A stretch of 64,000 nucleotides of DNA from an uncultured Bacteroidales bacterium (GTDB lineage: Bacteria; Bacteroidota; Bacteroidia; Bacteroidales; PWNQ01), in the NCBI GenBank assembly GCA_964477095.1, contig CAYZDA010000008.1, positions 276-64,275 on the forward strand, given 5' to 3'. Both the position numbers and the translations under genes were made by a program. The notes beneath the pieces were generated by a model. The model saw only the letters and a list, made by a program, of their open reading frames with translations. It did not search any database and was not told where the DNA came from. Positions 37,385-45,900 of this stretch are shown one piece after another (the stretch's first letter is position 1; the number at the start of each line of letters is the position of its first letter).

Positions 37385-39274
37385 ATGCATAAAGGAAAAA
37401 TCAACGTTCAAACGGAAAACATCTTTCCGGTAATTAAAAAGTTCCTGTATTCCGATCAGGAAATCTTTCTGAGGGAAATTGTTTCAAATGCTGTGGATGC
37501 CACGCAGAAAATAAAAACTCTTGCCCGTCAGGGTAAGGTTGAAGGGGAACTGGGTGATCTTACCATACAGGTGAGTTTTGATAAAAAAAAGAAAACCATC
37601 ACAGTATCCGACCGTGGTATTGGAATGACAGCGGAAGAAGTGAAAAAGTACATCAACCAGATAGCCCTTTCCAGTGCTCAGGATTTTATTGACAAGTACA
37701 AGGAAGCTGATTCCGATAAGCTCATCGGTCAGTTTGGGCTTGGATTTTATTCATCGTTTATGGTGGCCGATAAGGTAGAGGTTCGCACCAGGTCTTATAA
37801 AAAAGACAGCAAGGCTGTTAAGTGGACCTGTGATGGTTCACCGGAATATACTTTGGAGGATGATCAAAAAGATGTGCGAGGTACAGATGTGATCATGCAC
37901 ATTGGTGATGACGGAAAGGAGTTCCTGGAAGAGTACCGCCTGCTCGAGCTTTTGAAAAAATACTCGAAATTTGTACCCGTGCCGGTACAGTTTGGTACTG
38001 AAACACACGAAGAGGAAATTGAAGGCGAAAAGGACAAGGAAGGCAAGCCTAAAACTAAAAAAGTTGAAAAGCCAAGGATCATTAACAACACAGAACCGGC
38101 CTGGACAAAGGCTCCGGCTGATCTGAAAGATGAAGATTATAAGAACTTCTATCGTGAGCTTTATCCGGCCACTTTTGAAGATCCGTTGTTCCACATCCAC
38201 CTGAATGTGGACTATCCGTTTAAGCTTACTGGAATTCTTTACTTCCCCAGGATCAAGGAAAACTTCGAGATCCAGCGGAATAAAATCCAGCTCTACTCGA
38301 ACCAGGTATTTATTACCGATTCTGTGGAAGGAATTGTTCCTGAATTCCTTACTATGCTACACGGTGTGCTTGATTCGCCTGATATCCCGCTAAACGTATC
38401 ACGCAGCTACCTGCAGAGTGATTCCAGTGTGAAGAAAATCTCAAAACATATCATGAAGAAGGTTTCTGACAAGCTGGAAGAAATCTTTAAAAATGACCGC
38501 GAAGATTTTCAGAAGAAATGGGATGATGTCAAAATCTTTATCGAATACGGGATGATCTCAGAGGAGAAATTCTTCGATCGTGCAAAAAAATATGCCCTGC
38601 TGAAAAATGTTGATGGTAAGTATTTTACCTTTGATGAGTATAAGGATCACATTAAGGAAACTCAAACTGATAAGGATAAGAATGTTGTCCATCTGTATAC
38701 CACTGACAGGGAAAATCAACATACCTACATCAAAGCTGCCAGAGACAGGGGATATGATGTGTTGATCCTGGACGGGCCGATAGACAGTCATTTTGTCAAC
38801 CTGCTGGAACAGAAGTATGAAAAATCGTCCTTTAAACGCGTGGATGCTGATGTGATTGACAAGTTGATTCTGCAAAAGGATGATGCATTGCCATCAAAAC
38901 TTTCAGATGAGCAAAAGGATAAACTTAAGCCCCTGTTTGAATCACAGACTGATAAGTCGAAATTCAGAGTGAAATTCGAGAGCATGAGTGAGACAGATAT
39001 GCCTGTGATCATTACCCGGGATGAGTTTATGCGCCGTATGATGGATATGCAAAAAACCGGTGGGATGCAATTCATGGGTAATATGCCAGAGAGCTATAAC
39101 CTCATTGTAAATGAAAATCATCCTCTGGTAAATAATCTGCTGGAAGAAAAAGATGAGGAAAAACAATCCAAAACTGTAAAGCAATTAACCGACCTTGCAT
39201 TGCTTTCACAAAATCTTCTTAAAGGTGAGGATCTCACAGGCTTTATTAAACGCAGCGTGGATATTATCCGGTAA
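37385..39274 (+). CDS. htpG: Molecular chaperone HtpG (Hsp90)
   Basis: FLREIVSNAVDA, DRGIGMT, IGQFGLGFYS, DIPLNVSRS.LQ. Confidence 0.97.
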   Translation: MHKGKINVQTENIFPVIKKFLYSDQEIFLREIVSNAVDATQKIKTLARQGKVEGELGDLTIQVSFDKKKKTITVSDRGIGMTAEEVKKYINQIALSSAQDFIDKYKEADSDKLIGQFGLGFYSSFMVADKVEVRTRSYKKDSKAVKWTCDGSPEYTLEDDQKDVRGTDVIMHIGDDGKEFLEEYRLLELLKKYSKFVPVPVQFGTETHEEEIEGEKDKEGKPKTKKVEKPRIINNTEPAWTKAPADLKDEDYKNFYRELYPATFEDPLFHIHLNVDYPFKLTGILYFPRIKENFEIQRNKIQLYSNQVFITDSVEGIVPEFLTMLHGVLDSPDIPLNVSRSYLQSDSSVKKISKHIMKKVSDKLEEIFKNDREDFQKKWDDVKIFIEYGMISEEKFFDRAKKYALLKNVDGKYFTFDEYKDHIKETQTDKDKNVVHLYTTDRENQHTYIKAARDRGYDVLILDGPIDSHFVNLLEQKYEKSSFKRVDADVIDKLILQKDDALPSKLSDEQKDKLKPLFESQTDKSKFRVKFESMSETDMPVIITRDEFMRRMMDMQKTGGMQFMGNMPESYNLIVNENHPLVNNLLEEKDEEKQSKTVKQLTDLALLSQNLLKGEDLTGFIKRSVDIIR

Positions 39275-39301
39275 TCTGCTGGAAAAAAATATAGCATGAA
39301 T

Positions 39302-39333
39302 AAAGGGGGCATGAACAATGCCCTTTTTTGTTT
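39302..39333 (+). terminator. htpG terminator
   Basis: GGGCAT-gaaca-ATGCCC followed by TTTTTTGTTT. Confidence 0.8.
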
Positions 39334-39381
39334 GCCTCGAATGCAAAAATGTCCGGCAGTTTGAAAGAAAACTGCGCCGCC

Positions 39382-39455
39382 GATTATGCTCTCCCATCAA
39401 AGGAGATCATGCTCTCCCATTAAAGGAGATTATGCTCTCCACGGTTAGGTGATTA
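39382..39455. repeat. 23-bp tandem repeat (~3 copies)
   Basis: GATTATGCTCTCCCATCAAAGGA / GATCATGCTCTCCCATTAAAGGA / GATTATGCTCTCCACGGTTAGGT / GATTA. Confidence 0.85.
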
Positions 39456-39505
39456 GTGGTCCCGGTTTATCTCCTTATGTTGTCATGGTTGTTTTGAGCT
39501 AAGTG

Positions 39506-39610
39506 GGGTCTGCTGAAAAAAAAAATAACTTCTTCGTTTTGAAGAATTCATATACATCTGCAACTCAGAAATCAAAAAATATATGCACTTCTGAGCTTTT
39601 CAGCAGTCCC
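39506..39610. mobile_element. 105-bp MITE or internally deleted IS
   Basis: Terminal inverted repeats GGGTCTGCTGAAAA ... TTTTCAGCAGTCCC (13/14 match). No ORF. Confidence 0.6.
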
Positions 39611-39649
39611 AAATTACACCTGATATTCTTAGTTTTACCAGCAATAATT

Positions 39650-39680
39650 AAAAAGGCCGGGATGTCCCGGCCTTTATTTT
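39650..39680 (-). terminator. cyd operon terminator (possibly bidirectional)
   Basis: AAAAAGGCCGGGA-tg-TCCCGGCCTTTATTTT. Confidence 0.85.
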
Positions 39681-39876
39681 AATTACTTGTTTGCTCTTTA
39701 TTATGCTGTTCTATGTTATCCTGCCCCCCGGGCGGATTTTCAGCTGCTTCTTCAGCATCAGTGGCGCTGAAGACCCGTTCAAACTTTTTCAGCGTCCAGC
39801 GTATTGCCAGAAATGAAACCAGAATAAGCAGGGGCCAGCTGAGGTACCAAAATATTGATGCAGTATATGAATACAT
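39679..39876 (-). CDS. Small single-TM protein, candidate cytochrome bd accessory subunit
   Basis: Starts 14 nt after the cydB stop and ends at the terminator. TM IFWYLSWPLLILVSFLAI. Confidence 0.65.
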   Translation of the reverse strand: MYSYTASIFWYLSWPLLILVSFLAIRWTLKKFERVFSATDAEEAAENPPGGQDNIEQHNKEQTSN

Positions 39877-39890
39877 AATTTCTCCTGTTT

Positions 39891-41024
39891 TTAATATGAA
39901 TGACCTTCTTTATCTTCCATTTCCTCACGGTTGATCTTACCGGAGTCAATTGCTCTCCAGGCATAATAAGTGTACCAGATAACAAAAGGCACCAGCAATG
40001 AGACATATGACATAACTGTTAGTGTAAGCTTACTTGATGATGCATTTTGAATAGTCAGAGAGCTTTGAATATCGGTGGAAGAAGGATAAAATGGAGTGCC
40101 ATTATAACCGCTGTTGAGCATCAAAGCCAAAACAGTGAGCACAACTCCTGCCGATCCCAGATTAAAGCCTTGTGAACCCGCTTTGTAATAAGTGCGGATA
40201 CCGGCATAGAGTACCAGGATCACGCCAGTTAAAAACATGACCGCCAGCAAGGGCATTTCAATGAAATTATTGAAATATTTGTTATCAACCTTATCTACTA
40301 TCATGGTTTCCATGTTATAGGTGTAGCCTTCCATGGTAAACAGTCTGAAAACAAAAAACAGAAAAAATACCAGAAAGGGGATTCCATTCACCAGTATCTG
40401 TTTTTGTGATCTTTCAATGATTTTATCTTCATCTACAATCTTAATAAAATAAAGTGCTGCCACAGTTCTTGCCAGGAAGAAAATGGCCAGTCCGAGTGCT
40501 ATATTTTCGATATCCAGCACGGCCTCCAGGCCGCGGGCAGCACCCTGCCATGTCACAGCATTGTATTTGTCGATGGTAAACTGCGCACCAGTGAAGAAGG
40601 TACCCACGGCGGTTCCGATCAGAGTTGTACCCACAAAACCATTGAGAAACAGGAAGGTTTCAAATGTTCGTTTACCCAAGACATTGCCTGGTTTATTGCG
40701 ATACTCATAAGAAAATGCCTGTATGGTGAAAGCGAAGAGGATGGTGATCCATACCCAGTAGGCACCACCGAAGCTGGTGGCGTAAAACAGAGGAAAGGAT
40801 GCAAAAAATGCTCCGCCAAAAGTTACCAGTGTAGTAAAGGTTACTTCCCACTTACGCCCAAGCGCATTGACCACAATCTTTCGACCGGTTTCATCTTTGC
40901 CCAGGGTGTAGATCATGGTTTGTCCGCCCTGCACAAACATCAGGAAGACCAGCATGCTGGCAAGCAATGATATGATAAACCACCAGTATTGTTGGAGTAC
41001 AAGGTGTGAAAAGGTTTCAAACAT
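39891..41024 (-). CDS. cydB: Cytochrome bd ubiquinol oxidase subunit II
   Basis: GRKWE.TFTTLVTFGGAFFASFP, SLTI.NASSS..TL..M. Confidence 0.93.
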   Translation of the reverse strand: MFETFSHLVLQQYWWFIISLLASMLVFLMFVQGGQTMIYTLGKDETGRKIVVNALGRKWEVTFTTLVTFGGAFFASFPLFYATSFGGAYWVWITILFAFTIQAFSYEYRNKPGNVLGKRTFETFLFLNGFVGTTLIGTAVGTFFTGAQFTIDKYNAVTWQGAARGLEAVLDIENIALGLAIFFLARTVAALYFIKIVDEDKIIERSQKQILVNGIPFLVFFLFFVFRLFTMEGYTYNMETMIVDKVDNKYFNNFIEMPLLAVMFLTGVILVLYAGIRTYYKAGSQGFNLGSAGVVLTVLALMLNSGYNGTPFYPSSTDIQSSLTIQNASSSKLTLTVMSYVSLLVPFVIWYTYYAWRAIDSGKINREEMEDKEGHSY

Positions 41025-41026
41025 GG

Positions 41027-42604
41027 TTATTTTCCTCCTGTTTTTGGTCCAACCTTAATTTGTCTGGTAAGTATGCTGATCTCTGCAATGAGCAGTGCAG
41101 TAAAAATGGCTGCAAACATCCAGAAAGTAATTTGCACGCTGGATGCATCAATGTTTGAAACCGCTGCTGAAACCGGCATCAGGTCCTGTATGGCCCAGGG
41201 CTGCCGGCCTACCTCTGCCACTATCCATCCGGCCTGTGATGCGATGTAGGGCAGTGGAATAGAGAAGATCGCCACCCATAGCATCAGCTTGTTTTTATGA
41301 AGCCTGTCCCTGTAGAGGAAAATCAGGATGAGGACAAAAAGCATGATGAAATAAAAACCCAGCCCAACCATAATGTGAAAGCTGTAGAAGGTAAGCGGTA
41401 TATTGGGTATGATATCATTAACATCATTTAGGAATCCATAGCCAAAATAGCGAAAATTATCGTGGAAGGTAGTCAGGTAGCCGTCCAGTTCTTCCTGGCT
41501 GGCTCCGGCTTCTTGCGCATCTTTATAGTCGGACAGTGCCTTTCTGGCAATCCGTCCTTTGCTGATCTTCTGCTCTGCTGACAACGCTACCTGGGTGTTG
41601 CCTTCTGCATCAGTATATTCATATCCGCCTAAAACAAGGTCTTTAATACCGGGAACAAAAGCATCCTTGGAGCGATATCCGAGGATTGACAACAGCTTGG
41701 GAATTTCTAATCGTGCATAAATATCCACCTCATTATTGTCCCATCTTTTGTTGGGATTCAGAACGCCGGCAACCAGAATTCCGGCACTTTTCTGACCCTC
41801 ATAGAGTCCTTCCATGGCAGCCAGCTTCATGGGCTGTTTCTGTGCTACCTGGTATGCTGACCCATCCCCGGTAAAGATCAGGTAGAGTCCGGTAATCAGT
41901 CCGAATACTGCAGCCACCACCATGCTTCTTTTGGCGAAAGCCATATGACGTTTTTTCATCATAAACCATGCACTCACACCTATCACAAAGATGGCTGAAA
42001 GGGTGTAGGCAGAGGTTACGGTGTGCAGGAATTTGTTGACAGCCACAGGTGAAAGGAAAACATCCCAGAAATTGAGCATCTCGTTTCGCGCTGTGTCGGG
42101 ATTAAACTGCATGCCTGTGGGATATTGCATCCAGGCATTGGCCACCAGAATCCATAAGGCTGACAGGCTGGCGCCCAATGCAACCAGCCAGGTGGACAAC
42201 AAATGAAATTTCTTGCTAACCTTGTTCCATCCAAAGAACATCACGGCAACAAAGGTTGACTCCAGGAAAAAGGCCATAATGCCTTCAATGGCCAGTGGTG
42301 CGCCAAATATGTCGCCCACAAACCAGGAATAGCGTGACCAGTTGGTACCGAATTCAAATTCCAGGATAAGCCCGGTGGCTACCCCGATGGCGAAATTGAT
42401 GCCAAACAGGATCATCCAAAACTTGGTGGTCTTTTTCCAGACCGGATTACCTGTCTTCACATAAAAGGTCTCCATGATCGCCATCATGAAGGACAGTCCC
42501 AGGGTTAGCGGCACAAACATGTAATGATACATGGCTGTGAGTGCGAACTGCCCCCGCGACCAGTTGACCAGCGACAGGTCTGTAAGGAGGATATTTTCAA
42601 TCAT
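41027..42604 (-). CDS. cydA: Cytochrome bd ubiquinol oxidase subunit I
   Basis: QFALTAMYH, EFEFGTNW, ANAWMQ, QPMKLAAMEG, AGWIVAEVGRQPW. Confidence 0.96.
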   Translation of the reverse strand: MIENILLTDLSLVNWSRGQFALTAMYHYMFVPLTLGLSFMMAIMETFYVKTGNPVWKKTTKFWMILFGINFAIGVATGLILEFEFGTNWSRYSWFVGDIFGAPLAIEGIMAFFLESTFVAVMFFGWNKVSKKFHLLSTWLVALGASLSALWILVANAWMQYPTGMQFNPDTARNEMLNFWDVFLSPVAVNKFLHTVTSAYTLSAIFVIGVSAWFMMKKRHMAFAKRSMVVAAVFGLITGLYLIFTGDGSAYQVAQKQPMKLAAMEGLYEGQKSAGILVAGVLNPNKRWDNNEVDIYARLEIPKLLSILGYRSKDAFVPGIKDLVLGGYEYTDAEGNTQVALSAEQKISKGRIARKALSDYKDAQEAGASQEELDGYLTTFHDNFRYFGYGFLNDVNDIIPNIPLTFYSFHIMVGLGFYFIMLFVLILIFLYRDRLHKNKLMLWVAIFSIPLPYIASQAGWIVAEVGRQPWAIQDLMPVSAAVSNIDASSVQITFWMFAAIFTALLIAEISILTRQIKVGPKTGGK

Positions 42605-42836
42605 AAGATATGGGTTTGGTTAAATGTTCTATCATATGCTCCGCCCGTTCTTCATCAGACTTGAACTTCTGCGACATAATATTGGGAAAGAAAAATAAGC
42701 GAAGCACAACGAACATGAGGAAAAGCTTGATGAGAATCAGTGCCCAGGCCTTGATGCCCCACAGGGGCATGTCGCGAAAGCCCTGGTAGTAAAAGTCAAA
42801 AACGCGTTTGAAAATACTGGGTTTCTTTTGTTTCAT
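42597..42836 (-). CDS. DUF4492 domain protein
   Basis: FYYQGFR.M..G...W..ILIKLF.MF.VL..FFFP. Overlaps the cydA start. Confidence 0.88.
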   Translation of the reverse strand: MKQKKPSIFKRVFDFYYQGFRDMPLWGIKAWALILIKLFLMFVVLRLFFFPNIMSQKFKSDEERAEHMIEHLTKPISYD

Positions 42837-43443
42837 GCCGTTCTTGTTTAATTATTCATGCCATCGGGCTTATTTGATTCAAAAATAAAGCAATTTAGCA
42901 CTAATGCAAATGGCATTTTAGTATTCATGCTCCATTTATTTATGGTATTCTAAATAACAAATAAATTCTTTGTAATCTGTATCCTTCGGTTGGTAGAGCT
43001 TCTGTGAGTTTCTTAGGTTCTGAATTTCTATCTGAAACAAACAGCCGGCTGTTTTGTTTACAGCTCTGTTTTTATTCAGTCTGAAAGAAAATGATCAGGA
43101 TTTAATTTAGCTGTTATGAGGCGTTGGGAAATCAGATATTACTATTCGCTGCAGTTTTTCTCATGTTGGTTTTTGTCTGTGTTTATCTTGAAAGTCGCTG
43201 ATAATATTGAACATGGTGGTGAATTCCCTGAAATACCCCAGTCATTTCAGGGAAAGAGAATGGTTGCATGTCTGACATACATTATGAGCCTTGAGTCTCA
43301 CGGAAAGGGGTGAACATGATTGTGGAAAGGATCATAAAAATGCATCCTGATACATGGTTGCGGGAGGATTATGAAGGTCGTGAACCAGAAATTATTAAGC
43401 CTGTGATAAATGAATTCTTTTGCCGTCCTGGAATTTGTTGTTT

Positions 43444-44616
43444 TCAGCTGTTTTTAATCGGTACCTTTTTTATCAGGGTCGTAAGTTTCCCTGTGCAGGC
43501 CTGCCAGTTAAATTCACTGATAACAAATTGCCGCGCGGCTTTGCCCATGTTTTGTCTTTTATGTTCATCATCCAGCAATTTAAGTGCCTTATCTGAAAAA
43601 TCCTCAGCTTTGCCGGCCACCATTATTTCTTTTTCAGGTGAAGCACCTATGGGCTTCCATGCTGATTGGGAGCTGATACATGGCAGCTCCATGGCCATGG
43701 CTTCCAGTATTTTATTTTGGAGCCCGGTGCCTATCTGCATGGGAGCAATGAAAACTTTGCTTTTACTGTATGCTATTCTGATGTCGTCTATCCAGCCAGT
43801 AACGGTAATTCTTTCCCCGGCCAGCATGCTCACCCTCCTGTCCGGGTTTGCTCCCGCCAGTATGAGCCTGCAACCGGGCTTAATTTTCCATATTAAAGGC
43901 ATTATCTCGCGGACAATATAAATAGCAGTGTGAACATTGGGTAGATATGACATATTTCCGGAGAATATCAGATCATATTCTGATTCCTCTTCCATTGGTT
44001 TGAAGAAATCAGTATCCACACCATTTCTGACAATATGGATATCGGGCAAATCCATCAGTTGCCGGTCGGTTTCTGAAATAACCGTATGCAGGTCAAAATC
44101 ATTGTGGATATCTTTTTCATAGCGGCTGATCCGTTTATATTCCAGTGAAAGCAGCCATTTTTTTATACCTGAAGTTGCTTTCATCCTTTTCTTCATACTG
44201 GCTGCAAAAGCATCCTGATAGTCGATGGATTTGGGCAGGGGAATTGTTCGCACCATTTCAGCCGTGCGAAAGAGCTGGCAATAAACATGATCAGCCTGTT
44301 TTGCATCAGCCTTCTGTTTTATCAGCCGCTTAGCTTTCGCGGAGTAAAAATAGCCGCTTTGGAGAGGTTTGCCTTTGAGGAAAAACCACAAAGTATTGAT
44401 GATGCGCCTGAAACTGCTTTGTGTAAGAAAATGAACCTCTTTGCAGTAAGGATCAAGTTGCCGGTATGCTTCTTCGGTGATCTCTTTTTTTCTACCCGTA
44501 GCTATCAGCACAATATCAAATTCCCCGGACAAAATCCTGATCTGGTGGAAGGCACGAAGCTTATCTCCTTTTTCAAGCGGATAAGGAATGCGGGGAAGAA
44601 TAACTAACAACTGCAC
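43444..44616 (-). CDS. Glycosyltransferase family 4 (GT-B)
   Basis: PYPLEKGDKLR, NGVDT, FSGNMSYLPN, GLQNKILEAMA. Confidence 0.9.
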   Translation of the reverse strand: MQLLVILPRIPYPLEKGDKLRAFHQIRILSGEFDIVLIATGRKKEITEEAYRQLDPYCKEVHFLTQSSFRRIINTLWFFLKGKPLQSGYFYSAKAKRLIKQKADAKQADHVYCQLFRTAEMVRTIPLPKSIDYQDAFAASMKKRMKATSGIKKWLLSLEYKRISRYEKDIHNDFDLHTVISETDRQLMDLPDIHIVRNGVDTDFFKPMEEESEYDLIFSGNMSYLPNVHTAIYIVREIMPLIWKIKPGCRLILAGANPDRRVSMLAGERITVTGWIDDIRIAYSKSKVFIAPMQIGTGLQNKILEAMAMELPCISSQSAWKPIGASPEKEIMVAGKAEDFSDKALKLLDDEHKRQNMGKAARQFVISEFNWQACTGKLTTLIKKVPIKNS

Positions 44617-44686
44617 AGCTAAAATGTATTTTGGCTGTAAAATTAAGGTAAAAATCTATGATAAGATGTGGATTCTGCATCCAGGT

Positions 44687-45898
44687 TCAGTTGTTGTTCC
44701 TATTGTTCAGTTGCTGAAAGTATTCCGTAAGGCGCAGGGAGCTTTCCTGTATATTATATTTTTCTTTAACAAGCTGCGAAGCGGCTTCACCTATCAGCCT
44801 GGTTTCTTCCGGATTATCCATGCACCAGTTTATCTTTTCTTCAAATTCAGCCTCATTATTGGCTATAAGCAGATGTTTTCCGGGTTCACAGTCAATTCCC
44901 TCTGCACCGATGGCAGTGGTGATGATTGCATTTTTATTAAGCATTCCTTCCACAATTTTAATTCGAATTCCGGAGCCGGAAAAAAGGGGGACGACCATGA
45001 TATTTTTACTTTGCATATAATCATGCGCATCGGGTACTTCGCCGTCGATCACAAGACCCGGTTCCTGCCTGCGCATCATCCATAATGGGATATTGCGCCC
45101 GGCCAAACAAAAGTTAAGCCCGGGATGCTGCTTTTTCACATTCTGCCATACCTTGTCAAGAAACCAGCTAATCCCTTCCTGATTGGGAAGCCAGTCCATT
45201 GAGCCAAGGTGAAACAGGCAGTTATTATCCCTGTTTTTTATTTTTTGCTGATGATTTTCAGTATCCAGAGCAAATGGATGAGCCATAATAAGGCCGCGGG
45301 CGCCCTGATTTTCGTAAAATTCTTTGTCGACAGAGGTGATGGGGAGGATGCCGTCATAATCATTGATATGGCTTTTCTCATAACGCTCCAGTTCTTTACT
45401 GAGCTTTTTCAAATACCATCTTTTTAATGGAACGTGCGAATTTGCTGCATATCTTTCCCAGATTTTATGCTCCACGTTGTGCGCCCGTAATACAACAGCA
45501 GCATTACTCATTTCCCTGATATCTTCCATGTAGGGAGTAAGATATAAAGTTTCGAGGATAATGATGTCGAACTGCCGGGCCAGGAGTGTATTTCTAAGCG
45601 CATTTCTGAAATCATCACTTTCAAAGCGCTTTACTATATAACTGTTGCGGTTAAAAAGGTTGAAAAAGGCTTTGATAGGCCTCACCGTAAGATCCACCCT
45701 GCCGGTTGAAAACCGTGTCTGCTCTCTGAAGTTATCAGGGATGTCCTCGGTTTTTACAGGACATTTGCTGGTACTCATAGCTAACACCTTCACCACGTGC
45801 CCTTGCCGGAGCATGCTGTCAGTCATTGCCTTCATTGCTATGGAACCACCTTCAACCGGCGGCCACGGCGATTTGCTACATAATTGCAACACTCGCAT
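44687..45898 (-). CDS. Glycosyltransferase family 4 (GT-B)
   Basis: PWPP..GG, HNVE, GSMDW.PN..G, SGSGIRIKIVEG. Confidence 0.9.
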   Translation of the reverse strand: MRVLQLCSKSPWPPVEGGSIAMKAMTDSMLRQGHVVKVLAMSTSKCPVKTEDIPDNFREQTRFSTGRVDLTVRPIKAFFNLFNRNSYIVKRFESDDFRNALRNTLLARQFDIIILETLYLTPYMEDIREMSNAAVVLRAHNVEHKIWERYAANSHVPLKRWYLKKLSKELERYEKSHINDYDGILPITSVDKEFYENQGARGLIMAHPFALDTENHQQKIKNRDNNCLFHLGSMDWLPNQEGISWFLDKVWQNVKKQHPGLNFCLAGRNIPLWMMRRQEPGLVIDGEVPDAHDYMQSKNIMVVPLFSGSGIRIKIVEGMLNKNAIITTAIGAEGIDCEPGKHLLIANNEAEFEEKINWCMDNPEETRLIGEAASQLVKEKYNIQESSLRLTEYFQQLNNRNNN

Positions 45899-45900
45899 AA

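Noticed and set aside
39382-39455. CRISPR array
   Set aside because: The repeats are head-to-tail with no spacers, and there are no cas genes.
43116-43921. Plus-strand ORFs 43116-43313 and 43310-43921
   Set aside because: No motifs. The second is largely antisense to the GT4 gene. The hairpin at 43224-43254 suggests non-coding DNA.
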